Of a stretch of DNA of 64,000 bases, positions 9,614 through 19,916 are shown in pieces. How positions within the stretch are numbered: position 1 is the first letter of the stretch; the number at the start of each line of letters is the position of its first letter. Origin of the DNA: Dehalococcoidia bacterium (GTDB lineage: Bacteria > Chloroflexota > Dehalococcoidia > GIF9 > AB-539-J10); assembly GCA_046538235.1 (NCBI GenBank), contig JBKHJG010000001.1:124762-188761 (forward strand), read 5' to 3'. The notes beneath the pieces were generated by a model that saw only the letters and a list, made by a program, of their open reading frames with translations, had not been told where the DNA came from and did no database searches. Made by a program: the position numbers and the translations under genes.

Positions 9614-10263
9614 CGGACCTGCATCAGAAGCTCAGGGTGCCTTCGGGCATGGCCTTCCCTCAACTGCTGAAAGTCGGCCTGAAAGGCAACAGAGGAAATA
9701 CTATCGGTGCTCATGATGATGGCATCCTCCCCGTTGCTGGAATAATACCTCGGGCGCCTTCCCACCAAGCGGAAGCCGTACTTCCTGTAGAGCCCTTGAG
9801 CTATTTCGTTGGAGGCGCGCACTTCCAGCGTCACTACATCGGCGTTTGATATCTGGGCTAGTTCAACGGTTGCTATGAGCAGGCCCTCGCCGATTCCAGA
9901 CCGCCGATAGCCCTCTCTCACACCTATGGAGATGATGTGCGCCTCGCGCATCATCATCCAGAAGCCGGAAAAGCCGGCTATGCTCGGCGATGCACTGACG
10001 CCACGCTCATGACCGAAACGCCGCTTGAACCAGGAGGCCCTTGTAGGCCCCTCTCCCGGGGACTCAGCCGCTGCTCCTCTTATCGAGGCCACTATATAGC
10101 GGACAGACGGATTATCAAGGTCCCGCTTATATGCCGATTGAGAGCGAAACACCCACTCACCCGGGAAAGCCTCGCGATCGATTTGGGCGACCTCGGCGAT
10201 ATCCTCATACTCCATGCGGCGGATGACGTAGTACGCACCTTCCATCAGCCGAGATTCTAGCAT
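9610..10263 (-). CDS. GNAT family N-acetyltransferase (RimI-like)
   Basis: Acetyl-CoA binding motif ...SIGVREGYRRSGIGEGLL... and a YRKYGF C-terminal block. The ORF-track N-terminal 50 aa is probably over-extended, so the start is placed at MLESRL. Confidence 0.8.
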   Translation of the reverse strand: MLESRLMEGAYYVIRRMEYEDIAEVAQIDREAFPGEWVFRSQSAYKRDLDNPSVRYIVASIRGAAAESPGEGPTRASWFKRRFGHERGVSASPSIAGFSGFWMMMREAHIISIGVREGYRRSGIGEGLLIATVELAQISNADVVTLEVRASNEIAQGLYRKYGFRLVGRRPRYYSSNGEDAIIMSTDSISSVAFQADFQQLREGHARRHPELLMQVR

Positions 10264-10468
10264 AGTGCCCGGTTTCCAACCCCGATCGTCACTCTGGCAC
10301 CCGGCACGGCGGAACACGTGTCTGGCGGATGTCCTTGACCTTGAGAATCGCACCGCGCGGATGGCACGCGGACAGCCGCTACGAATACCGGAGACCTTGC
10401 TCGGGACAGGCAATTAGCTCTCAGGTTGCCGATCCAGGGCTCTTCAGCAGTTCGTGACCCGTTCCCGA

Positions 10469-12796
10469 TCAGGAGGCCTCTTGGGTGCCGCGTCGCCGCC
10501 TCAAGACCCAAACGATCATCGCGACTGAGACAACGGGCAATCCCAGTATAGCGCTCTTCTGATAGGGAGTCGTATCGAGGGCCAGTGCGCTCATAGCCAC
10601 AGCCGGTAGCAGTCCGGTCCTCACCATCGGCTTCAGCTTCGGGTGCGCGGTTATGAACTCGGCTATCGGCGGACTGATGGCATAGTAGAAACCCGCAAAG
10701 GCCCGGCCGCCCGTGTTGGTTAGCAGATACTCGTCTCTGAACTCACGCAGGACCACCAGTTGGCCGGCCATCGGGGTGTCATAGGCTGCGGTACAGGAAC
10801 AGCACGATGACCCAACCCTATCAAAACCGGCCTCGATTGAATACGAGCTGTCCATGACGATGGTAGTTGAGGTATTGGTGGCATCTGCAATGGTGTCCGC
10901 GTCGCCAGACCAGCCCACAAACCTGTAGCCATTCTCTGCCTCGGCTGCAAGGCTGATCTTGCTACCGAGAGTACATGAGAACTCGCCTTCACCGGGAATG
11001 GTGACCGAGCCACCCTGGGTGCTGGATATGGTCAATACCGCCACCAGTTCAGGCCACGTCTCGAAATTGGCGGTGATGGAGTAGGAGTCGTGCATGGTGA
11101 CGGCAGTCCGGCTGGCATAGACATCAACAATCGTATCTACGTCGCCGGTCCACTTCACAAACCGGTATCCTTCAGCGGGCTCGGCCACGAGCGTGACCAC
11201 CGTTCCCGCCGTGCGGATGAAGATGCCCTCACCGGGTTCAGTAACCGAGCCGCCGGCCGTGCTGGAGATGGTCAGCCTGTAAAGGTCCGATATTAGTTCA
11301 AAACTGGCGGTGATTGCGTAATCACCGTCCATCGTTATGGTGGTTTCGTCAGCCCCGACATCTTCCACGGTGGCCGTATCCCCGGTCCACCCCGCGAACC
11401 GGTAACCATCGTCGGCCTCGGCCACGAGTTCGACCACCGCCCCATCATCATAAGCGAAGGTCGCCTCTCCGGGTTGGACTACCGAGCCACCCTCAGTGCC
11501 GGAGATCGTGAGGCTGTGCAGGCCGGGCATCAGTTCGAACTTGGCGCCTACCGAGTAATCACCGTCCATGGTGATGGTGGTTTCGGCAGCCCCGACATCG
11601 GCAATGGTGGCCACATCCCCGGTCCACTCCACAAACCGGAAACCATCATCGGGCTCGGCCACCAGTGTAACTACCTCCTGTAGATCATAAGGGAACACCC
11701 CCTCACCCGGTACGGTTACAGCGCCGCCGGCGGTGCTGGAGACGGTGAGGTAGGACACGTTCTCCTGAGGCCCAACGGCAATGCCAAGCGCATCGATGAT
11801 GTGCTCTGCCTTACTGATGACGGCGTGGGTTTCCGAGCCCGCAAAGACCAGCCCCACGAACTCTCCTTCCCTATCCACCCCCGACCCCGAGTCGCCCGAG
11901 GCCGCGAAGGACCAGTCCTCCTGCGTCACCACGATCTGGTCCACGAAGTAAGCTGATTGGTCGCCGTACCACACCAGAAAGGATGCGCTGACATGGACCA
12001 CCTCGCCCATGGTGACCCCGGTCGTCCGTCCGGATTTCCGGACGACATCGCCCTTGGAGACCCCGGTCCAACCTTCCACCCAATAGTTCCCTTCTTCGCC
12101 GAATTGCTCACCGGGAGACAGATCGACGTCATCGTCAATGCTGCCTATGGCGGCATCGGCGTAGTTTCTGGCATTAGACCCGAAATCAATGGGTACGTAT
12201 ACCTCGAGTTCTCCCACCCGGTTGGGCAGTCTTCCTCTATCACCGGTTCCCGGCTGGGTGATGGGTGTGCCATTCTCCAGAAACCGATCGCTGCGCGGCT
12301 CCATGGCGACAACGTGGGCATTGGACAGGATCTTGCCATCATAGGTGACCATGCCCAGGGTGCCGGCATAAAGGTATATGAGCCCCCCTTTGGTGACATA
12401 GGCCGACAGGCTTATCCCTCCCATTAGAGGCCTGACCGCACTTTGCCTGTCCTCGCTGACCCCGGCTACTGGTTCAACCACCTCCGTAGCAAGCGATTCT
12501 ATTCTGCCGGTGACCTCTGTTTTCACCGCATAGCCTGCAAACGAGGACGGCACCTCCCGCTTTGCCTGCTCATCCTCGACAAATACGATGATCTCTCTCT
12601 CACCTGGCGAATGGGCGATGCCGGCAAAGCCGGCGCCTGCCAGAGGCAAGAGGTCTGCCTCCAAGGCCGTTCTGGCCTCCGTCAGCGATATGACGAGCTC
12701 CAGATTATGTCCACCCGAGGCCGGAACTGAGCTAATAAGCAACACACCGACGAGAATCGGCGTGATCAGCAGCAGAACCTTCTTACGCGTTCTCAT
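10469..12796 (-). CDS. secreted S1-family (chymotrypsin-fold) serine protease with 4 tandem InlB-B/Flg_new-type repeats and an unclassified C-terminal Cys-rich domain, TM segment and Arg-rich tail
   Basis: Signal peptide MRTRKKVLLLITPILVGVLLISSVPASG. Catalytic His context LSNAHVV and Ser context GDSGSGV. Four ~75-aa repeats with the GYRFV.WTGD pattern. The C-terminus reads CCSCTAAYD...LPVVSVAMIVWVLRRRRGTQEAS. Confidence 0.8.
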   Translation of the reverse strand: MRTRKKVLLLITPILVGVLLISSVPASGGHNLELVISLTEARTALEADLLPLAGAGFAGIAHSPGEREIIVFVEDEQAKREVPSSFAGYAVKTEVTGRIESLATEVVEPVAGVSEDRQSAVRPLMGGISLSAYVTKGGLIYLYAGTLGMVTYDGKILSNAHVVAMEPRSDRFLENGTPITQPGTGDRGRLPNRVGELEVYVPIDFGSNARNYADAAIGSIDDDVDLSPGEQFGEEGNYWVEGWTGVSKGDVVRKSGRTTGVTMGEVVHVSASFLVWYGDQSAYFVDQIVVTQEDWSFAASGDSGSGVDREGEFVGLVFAGSETHAVISKAEHIIDALGIAVGPQENVSYLTVSSTAGGAVTVPGEGVFPYDLQEVVTLVAEPDDGFRFVEWTGDVATIADVGAAETTITMDGDYSVGAKFELMPGLHSLTISGTEGGSVVQPGEATFAYDDGAVVELVAEADDGYRFAGWTGDTATVEDVGADETTITMDGDYAITASFELISDLYRLTISSTAGGSVTEPGEGIFIRTAGTVVTLVAEPAEGYRFVKWTGDVDTIVDVYASRTAVTMHDSYSITANFETWPELVAVLTISSTQGGSVTIPGEGEFSCTLGSKISLAAEAENGYRFVGWSGDADTIADATNTSTTIVMDSSYSIEAGFDRVGSSCCSCTAAYDTPMAGQLVVLREFRDEYLLTNTGGRAFAGFYYAISPPIAEFITAHPKLKPMVRTGLLPAVAMSALALDTTPYQKSAILGLPVVSVAMIVWVLRRRRGTQEAS
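10849..11764 (-). repeat. four tandem ~225-bp intragenic repeats encoding the B-repeat domains of the protease
   Basis: Repeated protein blocks LTISSTAGGSVT.PGEG.F...G..V.LVAEP..GYRFV.WTGD....DV......T.D..YS..A.FE, mirrored at DNA level by recurring accatcgtcggcctcggccacgag-like strings. Confidence 0.7.
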
Positions 12797-13160
12797 CTCT
12801 TCTCGTCTGCCGGGCGGGGCCCCACGTCCGTCCTTTCATGCCACAAAAGGCCGTAACCCGGCCTGCTATCGGTACTCCTCCATCGTGCCACTTCTCACGT
12901 GTTCGTAGCAATTCAGGCAGGGCCGATGTGAAAATAGCTCGCCGAAGCAGTGAAGCAACGTCAAGTCTTAGTGCTTGCTCAATGCCCTGGACCTCGAACG
13001 TTTGCGTATCATACTGCACCACCCTCGCACCGTGTCAACTTTTCCGCTTCCCAGCGACCACAAGGCTGGCACCATAGCCAGACCGGGGCCGCACCAGGAG
13101 AAGCAACTCCGGGATACGGGCCCCGGTTCAATTAGAGCCGTCGAGGTCAGGCTGTACCGG

Positions 13161-14312
13161 CTATGCGATGTTGCCCTTCTTCAGCGTCTCGGTGGGCCTG
13201 AAGACGCTGACACCAAACTGCTGGGCCAGATCCTCGCACATTTTGGCCAGCTTATCGTATCCTATTCCTTTGGCAAGTTGGAAGGGGCCGAACCCGCCAC
13301 CACCGCCGTTGACCATGGCCTTGTCGATTTCCTCGGCGCTCTTGACCACTCCGTCCTCGAGCAACTTGGTGGCCTCGTTGACCTGAATAGCAATCAGGGC
13401 GGTGGGGTCGAAGTCCTCCTTGGCCTTGGACAGGTCTATCTCCGGTCTGCCCTTGGACCAGTCATAGATGCCTTTGCCCGTCTTCTTCCCCAGATCACCG
13501 GCATCTATCCTGGCTTTGAGCCAGGCGGCCGGCTCATAGTCACGCGAAAGCCTCTCGGCGAAATAAAGCGCGCTGTGATAAGCGACGTCCAGCCCCACAT
13601 AGTCCATCAGCTCATACGGCCCCATAGGCATGCCCACCTTCTTCATCCTGGCATCGATTTGCTCCGGACTGGCTATGCCCCTCTCCACGATATGCCGGAG
13701 CAGGATGGCAGTGGGAGCGTTGATCCGATTGTAGACAAACCCGATGGAGTCCTTCTCCACCCTGACCGGCACCTTGTTCATCTTCAGCGCCAGGTCATAT
13801 GTCACCTTCATCGTGTCCTCGCTTGTCTTCTCTCCCTTTATGACTTCGACCAGCTTCATGAGGACCGCCGGGTTGAAGAAATGCATGCCCACCACCTGCT
13901 CAGGCCTGTTGGTAGTTGAGGCAATCTCGGTGATGCTCATATTGGAGGTGTTGGAGGCCAGTATGGCATGTTTGGGAGCAGCCGCATCCAGTGCCTGGAA
14001 GACCTGCTTCTTGAGGTCCATGATCTCGGGGACGGCCTCGATCACAAAATCGGCGTCCTTAACAGCCTCGGCAATATCCACAAAGGTCTCGATATTGGCC
14101 AGCATGGCCTTCTTATTGTCTTCGCTGACTTTCTGCTTCTCAACAAGCTTATCCAGGCTCTCCTTGATCCTGGAAAGCCCCCTGTCAACAAACCGCTGCT
14201 CGATATCCCGCATCGCTACCTTGTAGCCGGCAAGTAGCGCCACCTCGGCGATGCCATGCCCCATGTCACCCGCTCCCATGACCGCAATCTTCTTGATGTC
14301 TTCGACTTTCAT
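13161..14312 (-). CDS. 3-hydroxyacyl-CoA / 3-hydroxybutyryl-CoA dehydrogenase (NAD-binding domain plus extended C-terminal domain)
   Basis: IAVMGAGDMGHGIA Rossmann motif with the 3HCDH pattern and a C-terminal 3HCDH_C-like extension. Confidence 0.88.
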   Translation of the reverse strand: MKVEDIKKIAVMGAGDMGHGIAEVALLAGYKVAMRDIEQRFVDRGLSRIKESLDKLVEKQKVSEDNKKAMLANIETFVDIAEAVKDADFVIEAVPEIMDLKKQVFQALDAAAPKHAILASNTSNMSITEIASTTNRPEQVVGMHFFNPAVLMKLVEVIKGEKTSEDTMKVTYDLALKMNKVPVRVEKDSIGFVYNRINAPTAILLRHIVERGIASPEQIDARMKKVGMPMGPYELMDYVGLDVAYHSALYFAERLSRDYEPAAWLKARIDAGDLGKKTGKGIYDWSKGRPEIDLSKAKEDFDPTALIAIQVNEATKLLEDGVVKSAEEIDKAMVNGGGGGFGPFQLAKGIGYDKLAKMCEDLAQQFGVSVFRPTETLKKGNIA

Positions 14313-14463
14313 GCCTTAAACCCTCCTTTTGCCTTATTCTTTCGTTCGTTCTTAGTCAGCGCCATCGAAGCGCCTCAGGCCCACGCTCCTGTAACCGGTC
14401 GCTTCGTCACATCCGAAAAGCAACCTCCGCAATGACCGGACCGCGCGCTCCCCGCGCAGGAAG

Positions 14464-15240
14464 CTATTCGCCCCTGAACACCGGCTCCCGTTTCTCGACG
14501 AAGGCTATCATCCCTTCCATAGCGTCCTTGGTCTTGCCGACCCGCTGTGACCCTTCCAGTTCTATCCTCAGGCCCTGGTCGATGGTGGTCTCCAGTCCCC
14601 GGGTCACCGCATCCAGAATTATCTGCACGGCGATGGGGGCCTTCTTAGCCAGAGCCCTGGCCAGCTCCTTGGCGTCACCCATCAGTTGCCCGGGCTGAGA
14701 TACCTTGGTGATCAGCCCGATGCTCAGAGCCTCGGGGGCCCTGATTCTGGTGCCGAGCAGGAGCATTTCCAGGGCCTTGGTCTTACCCACCAGCCTGGGC
14801 AGCCGCTGGGTGCCACCCCAGCCCGGTATGATTCCCAGGTCGATCTCGGGCTGGCCGGCCACCACTCGCTCCGAGTCGACCATTATCCTGAAATGGCAGG
14901 ACATTGCCAGCTCGCAGCCACCGCCGAGGGCAAACCCGTTCAGGGCGGCGATTACGGGCTTGGGATACTTCTCGATGCGGCTGAAGACCTCCTGGCCGAA
15001 AGACATGGCCTTTTCGCCCTCCGGCGTCCCGGCCGTCTTAACGTCAAAGCCGGCCGAAAACCCTCTCTCGCCGGAGCCGGTGATGATTACGGCCCTCACC
15101 TCTTTGTCTTTTTCCCACTCGTTCAGAGCCTTATCCAGTTCTTCGAGTACGGACAGATTTATGGGGTTTGCCGGCGGCCGGTTCAGGGTTATTATGCCGA
15201 CATTCTCCTCCCTCTCCACAATCAGATTCTCATAAGCCAT
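14464..15240 (-). CDS. enoyl-CoA hydratase (crotonase family)
   Basis: VGIITLNRPPANPIN...ITGSGERGFSAGFDV...GGGCELAMSCHFRI crotonase signature. Confidence 0.9.
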   Translation of the reverse strand: MAYENLIVEREENVGIITLNRPPANPINLSVLEELDKALNEWEKDKEVRAVIITGSGERGFSAGFDVKTAGTPEGEKAMSFGQEVFSRIEKYPKPVIAALNGFALGGGCELAMSCHFRIMVDSERVVAGQPEIDLGIIPGWGGTQRLPRLVGKTKALEMLLLGTRIRAPEALSIGLITKVSQPGQLMGDAKELARALAKKAPIAVQIILDAVTRGLETTIDQGLRIELEGSQRVGKTKDAMEGMIAFVEKREPVFRGE

Positions 15241-15394
15241 TAGGCCCTCCTTGTTTTGATGTTTTTGGCAAGCGCAATGATAGCTCCAGTGAACTAGATT
15301 TCCATACCGCCCGCTTCCAGCAAGTCAGCCCGCAAAGCACCGCACCCATAGAAACAACGAGATGTTAGCACCGGCAGCAGCCGCCTGTCAACGG

Positions 15395-16294
15395 CTAGAG
15401 GTAGCGATGATGGCCTGGCTGCCCGTCCTGCCGGGTAGCCACGAGATATGTTTCGGCAGCGTGGAAGGAACTGCGCACCAAGGGGCCGGAAGCCACATAC
15501 CGGAAACCGAGCTGCTTCCCGATGTTCTCATATTCCGCAAACTCCTCAGGGGAAACATACCTGACCAGCTTGTGATGCTTTAGCGAAGGCTGTAAGTACT
15601 GGCCGATGGTCAGTAGATCGCAGCCGACCTGCCTGAGGTGATTCATCACGTCGATGACCTCCTGTTGAGTCTCACCCAGGCCCACCATAAGGCCGGACTT
15701 GGTCATAAGCTCTGAGTTGAACAGCCTGGCCTGCTTCAGAAGCTCCAGGGATCGCCGGTAGTCTGCCTGAGGACGGACCTCAGCGTAAAGCCGGGGGACC
15801 GTCTCCACGTTGTGATTGAGAACAGCCAGCGTCGTATCGGTCACAGTCAGGAGGGCCGAAAGGGAACCCCCCAAATCAGGGATAAGGGCTTCCACCATGA
15901 TTGCCGGGTTGTAGCTATGAATGGCCTCAATGGTGCAGGCAAAGTGGGAAGCGCCGCCATCGGGTAGGTCGTCTCTGGTGACAGAGGTGATAACTACATA
16001 CCTGAGCTGGAGTTCCGCCACTGCGGCCACGACATTCTCAGGCTCGTGCAGGTCGGGCGCTTGAGGGCGCCCGCTCTGCACAGCGCAAAACGTGCAGTTG
16101 CGCGTGCAGACATTCCCCAGTATCATGAAGGTGGCAGTACCTTCAGCATAGCATTTCTGACGGTTGGGACAACGGGCGCTTTCGCATACCGTATGCAGCT
16201 TTAGCGTACGGGTGAGGTTTCTCATAGGGGCAAGGGCGGCCCCGTCGAATGGGCTCAGCTTCAGCCACTCAGGCCGTCTAATATAGCCAGGCAT
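15395..16294 (-). CDS. lipA: lipoyl synthase
   Basis: Radical-SAM CTRNCTFCAV cluster plus the auxiliary cluster CESARCPNRQKC. Confidence 0.92.
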   Translation of the reverse strand: MPGYIRRPEWLKLSPFDGAALAPMRNLTRTLKLHTVCESARCPNRQKCYAEGTATFMILGNVCTRNCTFCAVQSGRPQAPDLHEPENVVAAVAELQLRYVVITSVTRDDLPDGGASHFACTIEAIHSYNPAIMVEALIPDLGGSLSALLTVTDTTLAVLNHNVETVPRLYAEVRPQADYRRSLELLKQARLFNSELMTKSGLMVGLGETQQEVIDVMNHLRQVGCDLLTIGQYLQPSLKHHKLVRYVSPEEFAEYENIGKQLGFRYVASGPLVRSSFHAAETYLVATRQDGQPGHHRYL

Positions 16295-17010
16295 TTCTTA
16301 TCTTCCCGTTCGATCTGCAGGCCGAATACCGCCGAGAAAGCATCAAGCAGAGGTCTTATGACGGCTTCAACTTCCACGCGATATCCCAGCACTTTGGAGA
16401 GCGAAGTCATTACTTTGCCGCTGAGCCCGCAGGGATTAATGTATCCGAAGTGACGGAGGTCCGTACTCACATTAAGAGCAAAGCCATGCGCGGTGATACC
16501 ACGGCTGACACGTATGCCAATTGAGCAGATCTTCTCCCCATTGACCCAGACGCCGGGATAATCTGCGTCGCAGTAGGCGCGGACACCAAAATCGAGCAGT
16601 AGCCGTATGATGGTGGCCTCGAGTTTGGAGATATACTCACGCACGCCAAGGCTATTTTCCTTGAGACTGATAATCGGATAGCCCACCAGCTGTCCAGGGC
16701 CATGATAGGTGACGCCTCCTCCGCGGTTGGTATGAACAACGGTCATTCCCTCCCGGGCCAGCCTCTCGGCGGGGACTACTATGTCCTCCTCCCCCCTGAA
16801 CCGACCTACGGTGAATACCGCAGGATGCTGGAGGAGGAGGAAGATATCCGCAACCGTACGTCTGGCTCTGGCCAGCATCAAGACGTCCTGTAGCTTCAGG
16901 GCATGTTCATACGCTATCATTCCCAGGTAGTCTGCAAGGCACACTATCCGGGATGTCAGGCCGTGTTCTTCCGAAACGCCCGACCCGCCGGCTCTGTTCT
17001 CCATATACAT
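16261..17010 (-). CDS. lipB: octanoyltransferase (lipoyl(octanoyl) transferase)
   Basis: RGGGVTYHGPGQLVGYPI LipB signature. Overlaps lipA by ~34 nt. Confidence 0.88.
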   Translation of the reverse strand: MYMENRAGGSGVSEEHGLTSRIVCLADYLGMIAYEHALKLQDVLMLARARRTVADIFLLLQHPAVFTVGRFRGEEDIVVPAERLAREGMTVVHTNRGGGVTYHGPGQLVGYPIISLKENSLGVREYISKLEATIIRLLLDFGVRAYCDADYPGVWVNGEKICSIGIRVSRGITAHGFALNVSTDLRHFGYINPCGLSGKVMTSLSKVLGYRVEVEAVIRPLLDAFSAVFGLQIEREDKKCLAILDGLSG

Positions 17011-17020
17011 GAGCTAACCC

Positions 17021-18403
17021 CTATGTTCTTCCGAAATGGATTGCACCCTCCAGCTGCCCCATCGCCGCCTCATGCACTGCCTCGGGCAGAGTGGGATGGG
17101 CGTGCATGGTATGGGCAATCTCCCTGGCGGTTGCTCCGAGCTGCACGGCAAGCGCACCTTCGGCGATAAGGTCACCGGCACGCGCCCCCATGATGTGCAG
17201 GCCCAGCACCTTGCCGCTGTCAGCATGGCAGATCATCTTAACGAAACCCGCAGTCTCACCCATGGCCACAGCACGGCCACAGGCGAGGAAGGGGAATTTG
17301 CTCACTTTGTGAGGAATGCCGGTATCCTTCGCTTCCTTCTCTGTGATGCCCACACCGGCGACCTCGGGAAAGGTGAAGACGCAGGTGGGAACAGACCGAT
17401 AGTCGGCCTGGCGCGGGCGGCCGAGGGCGTTCTCAGCAGCTACTTCGCCCTCGTAGGAGGCCACATGGGCCAGCATGTGCTTGCCCAGGACATCCCCGAT
17501 GGCATAAACGTCATCTACACTCGTCCTGAGATGTTCATCCACGTCGATGGCTCCTCCATTCATCTTCACCCCAAGATCTGCCAGGCCAAGCCCCTCGGTA
17601 TAGGGACGGCGTCCAGTGGCCATAAGGACCATCTGCCCCTCAACTCCTTGCTCGCCCTCCGGGGTCTGCCATACTACCTTGAGGCCTGCTCCCTGCTTCT
17701 TGATAGCCTTCACGGCAGCTCCGATTATGACGTCGATGCCCTGTTTGGATAGGGTCTGAGCAAAACGCCGACCAACCTCCTCATCAACCGGTCCCAGCAG
17801 AAGGGGACGCCTCTTCACGATGGTAGTCTTTGTCCCCAATGCGCTGAACATGCTGGCGAACTCAACGCCCACATGACTGCCGCCGATAACCACCAGGCTC
17901 TGGGGGATCTCCTCCAGTTCGAGGATATCGTCGGTCATGAGTACACCGGGAAGGTCAAGACCATCGATAGGCAGGGGAGACGGCTCGGAGCCCGAGGCGA
18001 CGATTATCTTCGCGGTTGCTATCTCGGTATCGCCCACCTTAACCAGATGTGGAGACGCAATGCGGCCCGTACCGTGGTAGACACTTATCTTGTTTGCCTT
18101 CATCAACTGCTCGACGCCCGACACCAGTCGATCAACCACTTCCCTCTTGCGAGCCATAATCCGCGGCAAATGCGCCTTGAGGCCGTCGATCTCCAGCCCG
18201 AACTCGCGGGCTCTCCTTGCCTCCAGGAGCACCTCCACGCTTCTCACCAGGGCCTTGGTGGGAATACAACCCCGGTTGAGACAGGTGCCTCCGAGCCTGT
18301 CCTTCTCAATGACGGCTACCCGGGCCCCCATGTGGGCGGCATGGATGGCCGCAACATACCCGCCCGGGCCACCACCAATTACCACTATGTCTTTCTCGGC
18401 CAA
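17021..18403 (-). CDS. lpd: dihydrolipoyl dehydrogenase (glycine cleavage L protein / E3)
   Basis: VVIGGGPGGYVAAI FAD motif and GGTCLNRGCIPTKAL redox-active disulfide. Confidence 0.93.
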   Translation of the reverse strand: MAEKDIVVIGGGPGGYVAAIHAAHMGARVAVIEKDRLGGTCLNRGCIPTKALVRSVEVLLEARRAREFGLEIDGLKAHLPRIMARKREVVDRLVSGVEQLMKANKISVYHGTGRIASPHLVKVGDTEIATAKIIVASGSEPSPLPIDGLDLPGVLMTDDILELEEIPQSLVVIGGSHVGVEFASMFSALGTKTTIVKRRPLLLGPVDEEVGRRFAQTLSKQGIDVIIGAAVKAIKKQGAGLKVVWQTPEGEQGVEGQMVLMATGRRPYTEGLGLADLGVKMNGGAIDVDEHLRTSVDDVYAIGDVLGKHMLAHVASYEGEVAAENALGRPRQADYRSVPTCVFTFPEVAGVGITEKEAKDTGIPHKVSKFPFLACGRAVAMGETAGFVKMICHADSGKVLGLHIMGARAGDLIAEGALAVQLGATAREIAHTMHAHPTLPEAVHEAAMGQLEGAIHFGRT

Positions 18404-18454
18404 GACTCGGTGTCCTCAAATGGCACTCGCGCCAGCACGTAAGAAACCAATATT

Positions 18455-19903
18455 CTACTCCTTCTGGCCGTTGATTTCCCAGCGCAAGTCAAGTTGCCTG
18501 AACGCTCTGGCCTCGTCCAAACGTCTCACCGGCGTATTGTGGGGAGCATCATGCAGGATATCTGGATTCTCGGTGACATCCTTGGCGATCTCAACCATGG
18601 CGGCAACATAATCGTCCAGCGTCTGTTTGCTCTCCGTCTCCGTAGGTTCAGTCATGAGTGCTTCGCCAACGATCAGAGGGAAGTAGACCGTAGGGGGGTG
18701 CAGGCCGTAGTCCAGCAGGCGCTTGGCGATGTCGGCCGCGGCGACACCCTTGGCTTTCTGCTTCCTGCCGGAAAAGACTACCTCGTGCATACACACCCGG
18801 TCATAAGGCAGTAGGTAATGGGGTTTTAGCTTCTCCCTGAGATAGTTGGCATTCAATACGGCGTCTCCGCTAACGAGCCTGAGGTCCTCGAGGCCGAGCG
18901 AGCGGAGGTAAGCATATGCCTTGACCATGACGCCGAAGTTGCCGTGGAAACTGGCTACCTTCCCTATGGACCTGGAGGGGGAGCTAAGGCCGTACCTGCC
19001 TTTGTCTTTGGTCACCAGCGGTAACGGCAGGAAATCAGCCAGCTCTCCTTTGGCACACACGGGACCGGAGCCAGGTCCGCCACCCCCGTGGGGTGTACTG
19101 AAAGTCTTATGCAGATTGAGCTGGACGTAGTCGAATCCCAGCTCACCGAACTTGGCCCGGCCCAGCAGGGCATTCAAGTTCGCGCCGTCCCCACCTAGAA
19201 GCCCACCACGTTCGTGGACCAGTTTGGCAATCTCAGCTATCTTGGGGTCGAACAGGCCCAGAGTAGAAGGCATGGTCAGAGTCAGGGCGGCCACTTCCTC
19301 GTTCATCAACGACTCCAGGCTCTTCAGATCGAGGTCGCCCTTGTCATCGGAGGCCACAACGCCTGTTTCAAAGCCGCACATGGCAGCACTGGCCGGGTTC
19401 GTGCCATGGGATGAATCGGTGAGCAGTACCTTCTTCCGGGCCTTATCGCCCCCGCCTTGATGATATGCCTTGACCATAAATAGACCTGCCAGCTCGCCAT
19501 GTGCTCCGGCTATAGGAACCAGGCTGGTGGCACTCATACCGGTGATCTCGGTCAGATACTCCTGTAGCCGGTACATAAGTTCCAGCGCCCCCTGGACCGA
19601 CTCTTCAGGCTGGCAGGGATGGATGGCTGTGAAGCCCGTAAGGCTGGCCACATCCTCATGCCACTTGGGATTGTATTTCATGGTGCAGCTTCCTAGAGGG
19701 TAGAAGCCCGTGTCGACGCCGTAATTGAGCTTGCTGAGGGCGGTGAAGTACCTTACGAGGTCGACCTCGCTGACCTCAGGCAGCTCGAGTTCCTGCCGGA
19801 GCAGCTCTTCAGGCGGCGGTTCGCTGGAGGGCACATCCACAGGAGGGAGGCTGCATCCGACCCTACCGGGTTTACTGATATCAGGGAGTAGATAATGCTT
19901 CAT
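18455..19903 (-). CDS. gcvPB: glycine dehydrogenase (decarboxylating) subunit 2
   Basis: PLP-lysine context NLHKTFSTPHGGGGPG and overall GcvPB pattern. Confidence 0.92.
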   Translation of the reverse strand: MKHYLLPDISKPGRVGCSLPPVDVPSSEPPPEELLRQELELPEVSEVDLVRYFTALSKLNYGVDTGFYPLGSCTMKYNPKWHEDVASLTGFTAIHPCQPEESVQGALELMYRLQEYLTEITGMSATSLVPIAGAHGELAGLFMVKAYHQGGGDKARKKVLLTDSSHGTNPASAAMCGFETGVVASDDKGDLDLKSLESLMNEEVAALTLTMPSTLGLFDPKIAEIAKLVHERGGLLGGDGANLNALLGRAKFGELGFDYVQLNLHKTFSTPHGGGGPGSGPVCAKGELADFLPLPLVTKDKGRYGLSSPSRSIGKVASFHGNFGVMVKAYAYLRSLGLEDLRLVSGDAVLNANYLREKLKPHYLLPYDRVCMHEVVFSGRKQKAKGVAAADIAKRLLDYGLHPPTVYFPLIVGEALMTEPTETESKQTLDDYVAAMVEIAKDVTENPDILHDAPHNTPVRRLDEARAFRQLDLRWEINGQKE

Positions 19904-19916
19904 TGCTCTTTCCTTA

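Noticed and set aside
9610-10413. Full 267-aa extent of the GNAT ORF
   Set aside because: The N-terminal 50 codons are Arg/Ser-rich with no RBS and overlap the SepCysS stop region, so the start was trimmed to MLESRL.
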